NCBI GenBank assembly: GCA_043228905.1
Contig: JBHGNT010000018.1
Location: 2,666,001 to 2,730,000 of the forward strand
DNA length: 64,000 nucleotides
Reading direction: 5' to 3'
DNA from: Azolla caroliniana
Taxonomy: Eukaryota > Plantae > Polypodiophyta
Below the pieces are notes generated by a model that was given only the letters and a program-made list of their open reading frames with translations, had not been told where the DNA came from and searched no databases. A program made the position numbers and the translations under genes. Of the stretch, positions 47,829 to 61,119 are shown piece after piece (position 1 is the first letter of the stretch; each line of letters starts with the position of its first letter).

Positions 47829-50154
47829 CTTTGGGTTGTTATTTCCTGACTTTGGGCATTGTTAAATGGGAATGTTTTGCCACCCTTTTGGTAGGTTTTT
47901 ATTTAGTGTACTAGGGCTTTACTCTCACCATCATATAGTGTTGTTTTTTTCCCATTGTAGGTATTGGGGTATGCGTTAGAATTGGACTTTGAGAAATGGT
48001 TTCTTATTTGATATCTACATAGAATACAACAACATATATGTAAGTTACGAATTTTGATATGGAAAATTTTGCAAGCTTGCTTTGTGGTCACCTTGTTCTT
48101 GTAAGAGTTTCCTTATATCACTTAGTATTGCAACGCCTTAGAGGGTTTACCTTGCCATAAGATTCTTACGAATGTCATCAGGGTATAGGGGTTTTTGCGT
48201 TGTCATATTGTTTTAATAAATAGAAGAAGAGAAATTTTATTATTTTCTTTGGAGGTCAAATATGACCGAGGAGGCGAAACGTATCATGTTTTCAAGTAAT
48301 ACATGTGAGAGTGAGTAGAGATTCTCCATGTTCAAAGGCTTTACTAATGAATGTCGCAATTGAGAGTGCATTTTATGATCATTAGAGAAATTTATGCAAG
48401 CATTGAAATACAATCAAATGTGAACAAAGGAAGAACATTGTATCAAAGTATGATAATCGAGTCATCAAAGTTGTTTAGGGGAATGTGCATAATCAACTAG
48501 TCTCAAATGTTATGCAACAATCTACCTAATTAACGAAGTTGTTAATTAGGCATATGCAATACCTTAAAAAGAGGATGTTATGTCAAACATAGTCTATGGA
48601 TGTTGTAGAGGTGGCGTTGTGGAAGCATATCCTCAATCCTTTCAATGTTTTTTGAAAAAGCCATAACTTGTTTTTTTTACTAGAAAGATATCTTTGGTAA
48701 GCTAGCTTTCCTAGTGGCTTAATGATATGGTGGGCACAACTCTTCTAACAATGGCCCAAGGGGTACTTTTTTAGGTTATATTCAAAACAAAAGGAACAAC
48801 AAGATAAAACTTGATTATCAAGGTTTTGCCTTTTTCAATAACAACTTGGTTTATATTGTCACATGGAAGCAACATGGTTTACGTTGTCAACTTGCAACTT
48901 GCATAAGATAAATTCAAAGAGATTAAGATATATCCTTTGCTAGTTTTGCACAATATTGTGATTCCCTCATAATTCCTAGGGTATATTTCTTTCTTGTTAT
49001 TGTACTAACTTCGATTCGTAATATCTTCATGAGAATTAAGATTTTTTTACTTCATCATATTTTATTAATCTCTCAATTTCGATCAATCTAATCTCTTGCC
49101 TATTTTCTACTTAATCGATATGTGTTGCAATGAGTTATTCTTTCTCTATAACTAAGTAATATTTAAATCAATGCGCAATTAAACCCATCTTGGCTTAACT
49201 CATTTGATCATCCCTCTTTGTCTCTCTATTCTCTCTCATTTGAAATTCCTATTGTTTTTACCTAAAAAGCATGAGGTAACATTGAGTTATGAATATAATT
49301 ACATATAATGCAACGGAAGCTTGTTTTTTTGCCTTGACAACACATGATATACTAAATGCATGCGCGCTTCATTCCATAGTTTAATAGATGCTCATGATGG
49401 AGAGTTTTCAAAGTTGTTTGTGGTAGAAGTCCAAAAGTATGATGCATAACATTCTAATAATGTAACAACACACATCAAAGGTTGTAATAATCTAATGGGC
49501 ATATTCGTAATTCCTTGTTAGTGTCTCTTCCAAAAAGAGCAATGGTAATTTAACCATCGATCCTTTAATAATATTGATAATTGTATTCCACATTTCACAA
49601 CTCTTTTAGATTCTATGTTTGCTTAATGATTGTTGTTATTTACATCAATCCATGAGAAGGTTGGGCATCAAGTTATGACAACCTTGGAAGAAACTATAAA
49701 GAAGACAATGTGAAGTGTGTGTTGTCACATCTGTTTTATGATAAAAACTAGTTTGGTATGAAATTATATATGAAGGTTTAAGTTTTTCTTGACAAACTCC
49801 AGTGTCCTCGCATGGCATCGTTTCAAGAAGAGCAAAGTTTCAAAAATATCCATGATTCATGAAAAGTTATCCTTATTCTTCTACCAAAAGTTGTCTCTCT
49901 TGTGTCGTTTGGAAAATGGAGACAATTGTCCTTGATGCGATGGATTGTACAAGATTTTGTCGAAGTAAATAACAAAGTGACTTCATAAGGTGTTAATTCT
50001 ACTATCCAACTATGAAATATGGATTTATTGTGAGTAGAAACATCCTTCCTAGTATTTTGAATATGTGTCCACCAAGAATTTCTAATGATACAAGTCAATT
50101 TGGAGAAGCCCCAACTTATGTCTCCTATGAATTTGGTGCAAAAATGTTGCATAG

Positions 50155-50156
<2 letters not shown>

Positions 50157-50187
<31 letters not shown>
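50157..50187. repeat. (TA)n microsatellite
   Basis: Direct reading. Confidence 0.95.
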
Positions 50188-50189
<2 letters not shown>

Positions 50190-50572
50190 TTTTTAGGGGG
50201 AGTGGTCATTTAAAGATTGTGTTTCCTAAATGTTCTATGAATAGGAACTCAACATTCAAAGGAGATGATATGTTATTTTATAGAAAAGATTGTTATCTAT
50301 CATGTTAAAATGAGAATTGAAGCCTCATGTAGCCTAAGGTCAATGATGCACAATGATTTAAATTTTCAGAATTTGTTGTGGTTCAACATTTATTGATTTC
50401 TTGTCAATGAAGTTTGAAATTAGTCATGTTTTATATAATTAATGGAAGGATATTTTGTTTTGAATTTTATTTTTTTGAAATTAGTCATGTGACAATATAA
50501 AAGTACCAAATTGCACGCAATGTAATATTTCTTTGTGACAAAGGTATTAACATCCTTGGCCACTCTTGTATT

Positions 50573-50781
50573 ATTTTTATTTTTTTTCCAAAAAAAATCT
50601 CCTTCCATTAGTTAGAAAATTTTACATATGAGATTAATATATACAAATCCCTCTAGGGGCGCGATAGGTCCATCTTATGTGGGTGCCCACCGACTCAATA
50701 AAGGGGGAGGTCGACCATTGTTAGATGAAGGCTAGTCGTTGTCTTCCAACTCCATCGGAGTCACCCTTGAGGTCATCATAT
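50573..50781 (-). mobile_element. Possible short retroposed insertion (SINE or truncated LINE)
   Basis: Flanked by the 17-bp direct repeat TTGGCCACTCTTGTATT (50556-50572, 50782-50798), with a T-run at the left end (A-tail on the - strand). Confidence 0.45.
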
Positions 50782-51360
50782 TTGGCCACTCTTGTATTGA
50801 TAGGAAAAGAAGGTCCCAAGTCTAAATTCATTCATATGGTGAAGCTTGGCTTGGTAACTATGTAAAATGTTATTTTAAGAAATACTGTTGTTTTAAAATA
50901 CATAAATATTTTTATAGAACAAAGTCAAATTATTATTGTTCTCATAGGTTTGATGAAGTATGGGGCCAAATTACAATATTTTCACAAGTTGTGTGGAACA
51001 TGGAGGGGGGTGGGGGGGCTCTATCACATATTAGTTATTGTGGGTTGGCTTTTGGGAGAAAGAGGGGTTTTTTGAGTTTGTTGTAACATATAACATATTT
51101 TCTGTGAAAGATAAGCTTCCACATCTCTCCCAAGGTATGATACAATGGCATTATGAAAAAAAAATTCATTCTCGAGAACTTGTGGACTCCACAAAGAAAG
51201 ATATGAGTTTTAGGATGTGGAAACATGGGACATTGTGATGCCACACTTTGTGTTTCATAAAACATAAAAAAGTGTGACTATTTGTGTGATTTGTGCCTCA
51301 TTCAAAGAGGGAAATTTTAGAAAGGTTCAATGAATGAGGAGGAAAAGCGATTCATTGAAT

Positions 51361-51745
51361 CTTATATATCGGGTGAGATAGAGACAGATCACGTGACGTG
51401 CTTCGTAGTGCGTAGCCATAGGTTGTTCGTTGAGCGCACAAGTGGGGGAAATGTTTATCTTTTTCTCAATGTCTTTGTCTTTCCTTTGCTCTGAACACAA
51501 GTGGGAAAAGGTTGATCCAATTAATTATACTCGACTTCGGGTGTTATTCAAAAAAGTGCAAGTGGGAAAAGATCGATTTCATTATTATAAAAGGTTTTGA
51601 TTATTATTCAAAAAAAGTGCAAGTGGGAAAAAGTTTGATCCATCTCTCTATCACACACACAAGTGGGAAATTTAAAAAAGCTAATGTAAAGGAGATATTC
51701 TACAAAGGGCTAATTGGATATTCCATAAAGGCAAGTGGGGGAAAG
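51361..51745 (+). promoter_or_regulatory. Putative promoter/leader of the ARGOS-like gene: TATA-like box, G-box, six CAAGTGGG(GG)AAA motifs
   Basis: CTTATATAT at 51361; CACGTGACGTG at 51390; motif copies at 51439, 51498, 51559, 51620, 51660 and 51732. Confidence 0.45.
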
Positions 51746-51943
51746 TTGTTCTTATTAACTAGGAAACCTTGGGTATTCTTCAAAACGACTACACTCTTTT
51801 TATCTCCCTTGTATCTTTTCATGAATCAAGAGAATTGTGATATGTTTTTCCCACACTTATTTAAGAAGCTTCTCCACCACGATCCACAACTTTGACTACT
51901 TCCCAATTCAATTCATCGAATAAGCTACAACAGAATTCTTATC

Positions 51944-52106
51944 ATGAAACAAAATGTGTTCATCACACTTCCAGACACAGGTAATTGCAAAATTGAGGAG
52001 AGGATGATGTTAGGAAAGTCTATCGAATATGGTGGTGCTCGTGAGAGCCATTATAATGATATGGGTAATGTGCTTGTCCACAAATTAGAGCAAGCATATT
52101 TGCTTC

Positions 52107-52144
<38 letters not shown>

Positions 52145-52735
52145 CGAGGTAAACCACAACCAAGTTATCGACGCGACCATCAAGATAAGCTACAACAACA
52201 TAGTTATCCTCGTCTTCAAGGTAAACAACAACAACAAAAAAATCATCATCATCATCAATACCATCAATATTGCCTACACAAGCATCGAAAATTAGAGCCA
52301 TCATCGATGATGTTGATGTCATCTGCGACATCGACAGACACATCGCCATCGTCGTCAGACACATCCGCACCGTCGACATCTACATCCGCCACAACGACAT
52401 CCTTCACAACAACTAGCACCACATCGACATCAAAAATGTTGATTGAAACATCCACTACATCAACATCGGCATCGTCCATGCCATTGGCCGTGTCAACACC
52501 GATGCCATTGATGACAGGATCTATCACACCAATGTCAACTACCAAGACAAAGGCACCATTCTTGTCTCGTTCGATCCTCGTGTGGCTCATCATCACTGCT
52601 CTCCTAATTGTGCTCCCCTTGGTGCTTCCTCCCCTACCACCGCCTCCTTTGGAGCTCCTCCTCGTGCCTCTTGTTCTCCTCATATGCCTCATGTGCCTTG
52701 CCATCTCCCCTCTCCCACTTGTTAGGAATTACTAG
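51944..52735 (+). CDS. ARGOS: ARGOS/OSR (organ size related) family membrane protein with a long polyQ/His/Ser-Thr N-terminal region
   Basis: C-terminal ILVWLIITALLIVLPLVLPPLPPPPLELLLVPLVLLICLMCLAISP is the OSR signature (TM1-PPLPPPP-TM2); uninterrupted ORF; true start codon uncertain. Confidence 0.85.
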
Positions 52736-52766
52736 GTACACAAGTGGTTTCTAGCATGTAATGTAT

Positions 52767-52797
<31 letters not shown>

Positions 52798-54179
52798 ATG
52801 TTGGCTTGATTGCCCCCAAACAATTACTCACTTATATAGAACGAAGGAATTCCTTCTCAATTTTTCAATGGGTTCAATTTTAGCATTTGTTTTAGGTAGA
52901 GAAATTATTATTGAGTGTCAAAGTTGTATGACACGCACCAAAAAGTCATCCATTTGAGTTCCCTACATTCTTCCAAGTGTCATTGAGTAAATTAGTCTGT
53001 AATTAGTAATTAATGCATAGAGAGGGAGAAAAAGAAAACATGAAAGCATGTTGAACTTTGTAACAATGTCTTTCCAAGATATCCTAAATGATTCTTAAAT
53101 CAACAAAAAAGATCGTTATAATCATAGTCTTATATGAATATTTGATAGCATTATATCTAATTGTTAGTGTTGATTTTAATAACTTTGTGAAGATAGGGGT
53201 AATTTGGTGCCCCCCCATATTAATAACGTTTATGGCCATTCAAGCTCATGAAAATGGCCTTGTGGTGTATTTTATGTGCCTAAGTAAAAATATGCAGTCA
53301 AAATCCTTGCCCTTGTCCAAACCAATGATATTCATATTTTTCGTGAAATTTAATAAACAAAAGCTTATGGGCATTTCATGGGGCCAAAAACAATATAAAC
53401 TCTTGATGTATTTTGATCGTCTAGAAAAAGTTTTTCTAGGAGCCTTCTTATTTTTAGGTAGTCTAAGTGTGGCAAATTGGGCATAATTTTGTAAAGATTT
53501 CCATTGGAGAATACAAGGCCATGTGATTCCCCTTAGTTTACGTATCACATCCTAGCAAATGGATGCCTAGTTCTATGAGATTACCACTCTAGGATTTAGC
53601 CTAATGCACAAGAAAACAAGTGCATATATCTACTTAAATTTCGTGTGTTTGGATAATCAGTTTCTAATTATGTTGGTCATGTTTTGGATGATGGTTATAC
53701 CTTAAAAGCAAAACTAGCACAAGTTATTGCTTAGAGCTTTACAAAGGTACCTCATGGATACTCTAGCATTAAAATTATACATTCTAGGCTAGTTGAATTG
53801 CAAGAAACCATAACCCCTAGTCCTTGCCCTGACCATCTCTTTTGTACATAGCACTTTTGAATTGTACATTTTGTAGCCTTCCAACGCTTTTCTTAATACT
53901 AATGAAGGAAATCTTTGGGGGATTTTTTTTTTGCAAGAAACCTAATACCATTAAAGTGGTCTTATGTTGGGACAAGTGTCCACATACATATTTTGATCAT
54001 TATCTTGAGGGCACACGCTATCTCTTGCCCACAAAGTGCCCACAAAAGGACCGGTAATGTTGTTACTATTAAAGTTGGCACCTGATCTTAAATATCGATT
54101 CAGCACACGATCTTAGATATTTGCAAGAAATAGGGAAAAGAAACTCTCCTAGTTGTGAGTAGAGTAAACATGGGTGTAT

Positions 54180-54182
<3 letters not shown>

Positions 54183-54230
<48 letters not shown>
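54183..54230. repeat. (GA)n microsatellite
   Basis: Direct reading. Confidence 0.95.
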
Positions 54231-54233
<3 letters not shown>

Positions 54234-56165
54234 GAATGTAACTACAAGCATGATTAAAATTTAAAACAATGAAATAGTTCTCGAGACCTCATTGGAGGCC
54301 CAAAACATGTGGTTTAAATAATCGTTCATCAAACAGGATACAATGTGCATGTTGAATCATGTAACATCTAATAATTTCTCATTAGAAGTTTGGACATTAA
54401 ATCAAATACTACAAAAACTAAAATATTTCATTTAGAAGACACTTGTAAATCGTCATTTTTGCATTATCACACTCTTTTGGACATGATTTTTTAACTTTCT
54501 CAAGAATATAAAATTTAAGATAAACCTCTTTGAAGGAATCAATACATAATTGAACATATGTCTTTGTTATCGAGAATTTGAAGAATCTTCTAACAATTTG
54601 CATGTTCTTTTTAAAATGTTAAACTTACCATAGTTGTCATTATGACAAAATAAAGCCAAAAAATGCCATTATTGTTCAAATGTGTGGCAAAACTTATACG
54701 CAAACTAGAGATAACTTCTATTTCATTACGAGCATGTCAAAATACTTTAGGATGGATAGGCACGCCGCACAACTATATACAAAAGCACAAGATTGGGTTT
54801 AGGATGGTATAGGGCCATCTAGAAAATGGCCTAGTAATAGGATACCAATGCATACATGTTTGTGGATCCATGATAGGAGCAACTAAATTGACAAAAAAAT
54901 GTCATGAAATAGGGCGAAAGTGGCAAAACTCATAGGGTTTAGATAGATTAAGGAAGGCTAAGGGACAATAAGTGGTTCATAAGAAATTAAGTCACAAAAG
55001 CTCATATTTGAACTATCATGTTAATGTGGAGGATGCCAGTGTGAATCCTTCATATTGTAGAAACAAATAGTAAGCCTTGATCTATAAAAACTAAACAATT
55101 AACTCATTTGTGTGGTTTGCTGCGTAGATTAGGCATTAAAGGGAGTGAGAAAAACAAGGAGAGCTTACTAAATATGGTTACATCCTTAATAAAATGAAAT
55201 TGTATTATCTTGTATCTTGTATCTTGCCTATATCTTTATCTAGAAAGATTGGTTGCACAATATTCATTGTAATGTTGGATTATCTTGTATCTTGCCGTTG
55301 GCTACTTTAATCTTAATACTGGAGGATAATTTTTATGGGAAAAAAAATGAAATTGTATTGTGATTGATTGTGTTCAACATGTATGTTTAGCGAACAATTC
55401 GTGAAGAGAGATAACAATGAAACGAGATGATAGTAATAAAGAGACCACCTAACGACATCACACATTAATGCATATGAATGTGAACATTGAGTGGGAATAC
55501 CAAGGATTTGAACCAGAGAAGATGGCCTTCTCGATATAGGGTTGCAGATGAATGATATTCTGCTTGAATTGTATGGGAGTACTTTTAATTTCCCATTGTG
55601 GGAACTTGGAAGGTAGAGAGTATGTTAGTGATAATCTTTTTTGGGATATTAATTAGAATTTCCACTAATTTGTTGTATTTTCTCGTGTATACTTGTATGT
55701 TATGAAGTGAGTGTACTCATGTTTAAATTTTGTTGCTATAGTTGTTCTTTTTTATAATTGTGTGCAAGTTGGTATAACGAGGTGCATATGTATATAAGTA
55801 GTGTGTGCTATACATGCAATGGTCTGTGAGTGTTCGAGCGAGTTGCCTTAGGTGTATGTGCATCTGTATATGTATGAGAATGAGTGTATTGAGTGTGCTA
55901 TATCTTTGTATGTGTATGCGTGTAAAGAACAATGTGTGTGTCTTGCATTTGTTTATATGTGTTTCGGTATGTGCGAAAGTATACATTAACGTACGAGGGT
56001 TGGTATGTGTGTGTGAATATAAATTGTCAGTAAGTGAGGGGTATTTAGGGAAATGAAAGGTTATCCCTCTCCTTTATTGTTCTTGCCAGATAAGTGCCTA
56101 AAGGATGAGGTAGGGGGGTGGGGGGTATGAAACCGAGGGTTGGAGGGCCGAGCCTAACTGAGGCG

Positions 56166-57661
56166 TGTCATGCTACATTGCATCCTCATGCTTACATAAC
56201 CTAGCATTATAGAGTTAGGGAAGAATTGAACCTTTTGGGTGTGTCTTTTGAGAAGACTCTAGTTGACGAAATTGGCATTGATGATAGAATCCAAATGAGT
56301 CCATATGAGTTTTGGCATTGTGGAGTTAAAGATGAATGAGATATTTTGTGTGTGACTTTTGAGAAGACTTTGGTCGACGAGTTCATCATTGATGATAGAA
56401 TCCAAATGAGTCCATACGGGTTTTGCTAGTGTGTGATGTTGACGAAAAGACAAATGAGTGTGACGATGGAGCTTTCTATGCTTCAGAACCGTTTTCAAAC
56501 AACTCTAAAGGGGGACCAAGAATTGGTGAGTGAACAAACTTTTCCTTTTCTTGAAGATCATTAATTGAGAAGAGTGAATGAAGTTGGGAATTCTACTAGA
56601 AGATGATGATGAGGCTAATAACCTAATTAAGAGTTTGGAAGAGATGGTACAAACCTATCACCACACTATGACAAGACAAGAAACAATATACCAGCACCAT
56701 GGATTCATGTGCTATTACAATCAGATCTATCAGTGAGAAAATGTACACAACAACCAATAGTTTGAATGGACATCAATGGACTTCCAAGTAGATGAAGATT
56801 AAGGGGGGAAATTAAATATTGTCCTATATGAGAGTGCAAACTCAAACAAGTCAAGGTGGCCCAACCAAAGCCAACACAAGCACATTGGCAAATCCATGTA
56901 GTTCTAGCGAGAGAAAAGAACTTAGAGGACAAGGATGTAAAAATGAAAATGATTAAGGCTAATAAATGTTGAAGGGACAAAACATAGAAAAGAGAGGAGA
57001 TGAGGGAACAAAAGGGGAAACATGTGGGAAATAAACAAGATTAGGCCATGGAAAAAGACATGGAGCAAGAAAATAAACAGGACAAGGCCAACAAAAAGAT
57101 TGTGGGAAAAATAACAAAAGAAGACAAGGAAATAAGGAAGCAACAAAAGAAGGGGGCATTGGAAAGATTTGATTCAAAGAAGAATCATCTAAAAATGTCA
57201 TTGAATCTTCCTGGTGCTTTTCTCCCTTTGCACATGTTACATCATGACATCCACCCCCATCAAACTTGCACATCCTCCGGATATGCCAACGAAATAGCAA
57301 TGGTGCAGTAGATCAATCTTCACACATGTTATCCTCCAATTCTTGTTTGATTTCATCACTATCTTCTTTGAAGTTAGCAATCTTTAGGTTTTGACCATGG
57401 TATTTTTTTAAGACCTTAGTCCTATTATTGACACTGCCAACCTTGTCCGATCGAGCTAAGCTTTAAGTGATATGTGACCTTCTGATTTCTTTGAATTAAC
57501 ACATATGAATCAAACCACCACTTTGAAATTATAACTACTACCATGCATAAGCTATGTTGGTTATCAATGCTACCATCATGAACAAGCAACACCAAATCTC
57601 CTTCTATGATTTTCCTAGTTAAGAGAATCATGATGGTTCTTGTCAAATCTTTCCTGTTGTA
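56166..57661 (-). mobile_element. Old, highly decayed 3' end (LTR, PPT, integrase tail) of the tRNA-Trp lineage; left boundary uncertain
   Basis: CATGACA|TCCACCCCCATCAAAC at 57243-57265 matches the family LTR/PPT junction; ORF 57425-57646 KIIEGDLVLLVHDGSIDNQH matches the integrase C-terminus; ~110-bp duplication at 56240-56430. Confidence 0.6.
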
Positions 57662-57665
57662 ACGT

Positions 57666-59972
57666 TGTCGTGAAGATTTCCGGCTATGGTGTGAAACCGG
57701 GGTGGAAAGGGCAAGTCGGTGGTGTGCAACATGTGCACATGTATAGTAGGAAAACGGTGTATAGAATAAAGGGGGAGTATTTGTCCCACATTGTAACGTT
57801 CCTCCCTCCTTGGGCTATAAAAGGAAGGGAGGAGTCTCTTGTAAGGGGTTGCCCATTTTGAGTTAGGAGAGTATACTGTTAGATTTAGGGTTAGGTAGTT
57901 CCACTTATTCTTGCTTCGTTCTAGGGTTTTCATCTTGGTTGTTTTCTTCTTCTTCTTCTTCTTCCTCGTCATGAGGGTTGAGAGTTCGTGTCTATTTAGG
58001 GTTTGCTTTTGCTTGGTCTCCTGTGCAAGACCCCACTCGGCACGACGAGCCCGAGAGGTCCCTTATCGGCGGCTTGACAGTAGACTGTTGTTGTAACCTA
58101 CCCTACCCTGGTCCGGCTTGAAGCCGGGGTTTTATTCTTTCCCATGTAATATACATACTCATATCCGTTTGTGCATATTGGTGTATTTGGTGGTGTCGGG
58201 AGCACAACCCCTTGTTTCTTGTGCATAAGAGTCGGTGTCGCGTGCATGCGCTCTCTCTCTTTTCTCTCTCTCTCTCTCTCTCGTGTCTCGGTTTCTCGGC
58301 ATCCCTTCCTCCCTCGTTCGAGCTCCACGTGGTCCCGCCCTTCTACACACATGCGCGTAATAACGTGACATCTTTGGTGAACTCGACGTGAAGGGTGGCA
58401 AGGGAGAATGGAGTTGGAAGAAGACGACTTCGCGCAACTTTTTGTTGAAGCGATGAGGGAGTTTGGACGAGCAACAACAAGAAGAGAGACGACGGGTGGC
58501 GGGAAGTCGGACAAGCGGGGCCAAGAGGGCCAAATGGAGCCGGAAATGGAACACACACGACACGCGAAGAGCGGAATCCGGCGTACAACCGGAGTGACCG
58601 GGGGCCTAATCGGAGGAGGGTATACGCGGTGGGATGCGGAGAACGAAGACCGGTCCTATGGGTCACCTCACACCGGGCTAGAGACTTCGGTAGTCAGCAT
58701 CGGATCTGATGTAAGACCAAGATACTGACGGTGGCGGCAGGAGAACGGGACCCGGCAATCCAGAGAGTGACGGGCCGACCTAGATGAGAACCGGGCGGAG
58801 CGAACTTCCGGATAACTGATTCGGAGAGGGAGGAGAGAGCAGGCCTACGAAGAGGCCGGGAACACGGTACGTCGGTACCATGGGGGGAGGGTGTGGAGCG
58901 AGCCACCCTCTCGACTTGCGGACAAAGACGACCCGGGATAAGGGTTAGAGATACGGCAAGCCCAAGGAGGATCCTTCACATTGGGTCTAGACACTCCGAC
59001 GGTCGGCTTGAGAGTCGACGTGAGACCTAGAGTAACGAACGGTGGCGGTGAGGGGACGAAGGCAAAGGAATGCGGATGGGCGGTCTATAGAGATCCTCAC
59101 ACTGATCCGGCGGTCGGCCCGAGAGCGGGAGTGAGTCCTATAGGAAAGGACGGTGGCGATAGGTGAATGTGACCAGCAGAAGAGGCCGACGCGGAGGTCA
59201 GGACTACGACGAGAGGAAAACGGCAAGCGGTGTTGCCGTGATCTTACACACACCGGTTCTAGACACTCTGGCAGCCGGCAATGAGAGCCGACGTGAGACC
59301 TAGATAGAAGAACGGTGGCGGTGGCAAGGCGGGCAACCGAAGTCAGAAAAGGGAAGGTCCCATGAAGATACTCACACCAATCCAGAGACTCCGACAACCG
59401 GCGACGAGAGCCGGCGTGAGACCTAGAGAGAAGGACGGTGGCGGCAAGAGAATGTGATCGGACGATGGAAAGCAGAGCGAAAGGAGGAATGAGGTCGGCG
59501 AGGCGGCCACGAACCAGATACAAACCCGACCGGCAAAGTCGGCAAGACAAAGATCAGACGTGCTTGGTACGTGAGTCGGTGACCTAACAAAACGGAGGCC
59601 CGAGAAGGATCCTTCACACCTACCCGGAGACCCCATTTGTTCAGCCCACGTGGCAACGTGAGACCGAGGGTAATGGAAGGTGGCGGCAAGGGGACAAAGG
59701 CGGTAATAGCAGAGGCACCGACTAGACAAGGCATTACGTGAACAAAGGAGGCCATGCTGGTCGGGACACGGCAAGGGTGATCTTCCGGTAGGCTGCCAGG
59801 GACACCCGGTTAGGGAGCAGTGTGCCGAGCCGAAAAGAGCACACCCGAAAGCGGAACGGAAGACATGTGTGGCCATCAAGGGCCAAAGCGAAGCACGAGT
59901 ACGGGACGGTGTTCGGCACAGGTGGTGCCGAACAAGGGAGGCAGAAGACGGCACACGGAGGAGAAAACGCGT
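57666..59972 (+). mobile_element. Element D: 5' part of a non-autonomous derivative (5' LTR 57666-58370, Trp PBS, purine-rich repeats)
   Basis: LTR closely similar to 9526-10080; left flank ACGT; PBS 58375-58392; internal CTAGAGACTCCG...GTGAGACCTAGAG...GGTGGCGG repeats like those at 7000-8100. Confidence 0.85.
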
Positions 59973-61119
59973 TGTCGTGGAGAAAACCGTCCTTAGGCGG
60001 AAACCGAGTATACCGTGCATAAACCGGTCCTTACACGTGGGCACAAGTTTTGTTGTATAGTACGTAGATAGGTACAAGTCGGCTGAGGTGAAATCCTAGG
60101 TAGCACGCTTTCATTAGGGAGAGAATCGAGGCGTATCCCTGTCCGAAAGGATAGGGAATAAACATGATGTAACGAGTGGTAATGGCCTCCCTCCTTGGGC
60201 TATAAAAGAGAGGGAGAGGTATTGTAAAATATATCGCGTTTTGTGGAGGACGAAGTGCTACCGGACCGGAATCGAGCTCTTCTCATATGTCTTCTCCATA
60301 GTCGTTCTGTGCAGGTTTCGGGAGGCTGACTCTGCTCCGCGGAACGTCCGAGTGCTTTCGGCAGAGTCTCCATCTCGCGTTCTGTGTGTGTGTGTGCAGG
60401 TGTTGGAGCCTGTCACTCGCCGGCTTGCCGGTTGTAACTCCTTGGTTTATATATACATATACGTTCGTTCTGTGTCCATTGTTCAACTCCTGTGAATGTG
60501 TGTGTCTGTGCGCGTGTGAAGTACATCGGTAGCTTCCTTCCCCTCTTCTCATTTGGTTATTTCTCGGTCCAAGGCCCCCGTGGTCCTGCCTCGTTCTCCA
60601 CGCACGCGCGTAACAACGCGACATATTTGGTCAACCCGACGTGAACAGGCGGTAGAGGAATAGAAAGATGAGAGGGTTGGATCTTGTAGAAGCCATGGCT
60701 TCGGTTGTGGATCGGATAGTGAGTGCACGCGAAGGCACATGTGCCCTCGATAGGGCTATTGAAGCAGTCGTCGACACGGTAGGCCGATTCGGTGGGAAGG
60801 ACGCCACGAGCTATTTGGAGGCTTATTGAGCCGAAATGGTGATGAGGGACATCCTGGAGGACAGACGACTGGCCGGATTCACTCGGGTGGCGGTGTCGGG
60901 CATCCACGCGGAGGTGCTTGAGGTACGGGCTGAGAGTCGGACCTGGGAAGAGTTTGAAGGTCGGCTCCTTGAAAAGTACGGGCTTGATGACGCGCTTCGG
61001 CTATCGAAGCGGGACTTCATGGAATGGGTGGAGACCCCCGAAAAGGGGAGAAACGCGTCGGTGCTCCTTCGGGAGTTTGAAGAATGTTTCTCATGTCTTT
61101 TGGCGCTGGACCGGACCGT

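Noticed and set aside
52020-52704. Antisense ORFs over the ARGOS-like gene
   Set aside because: Shadows of the low-complexity sense codons.
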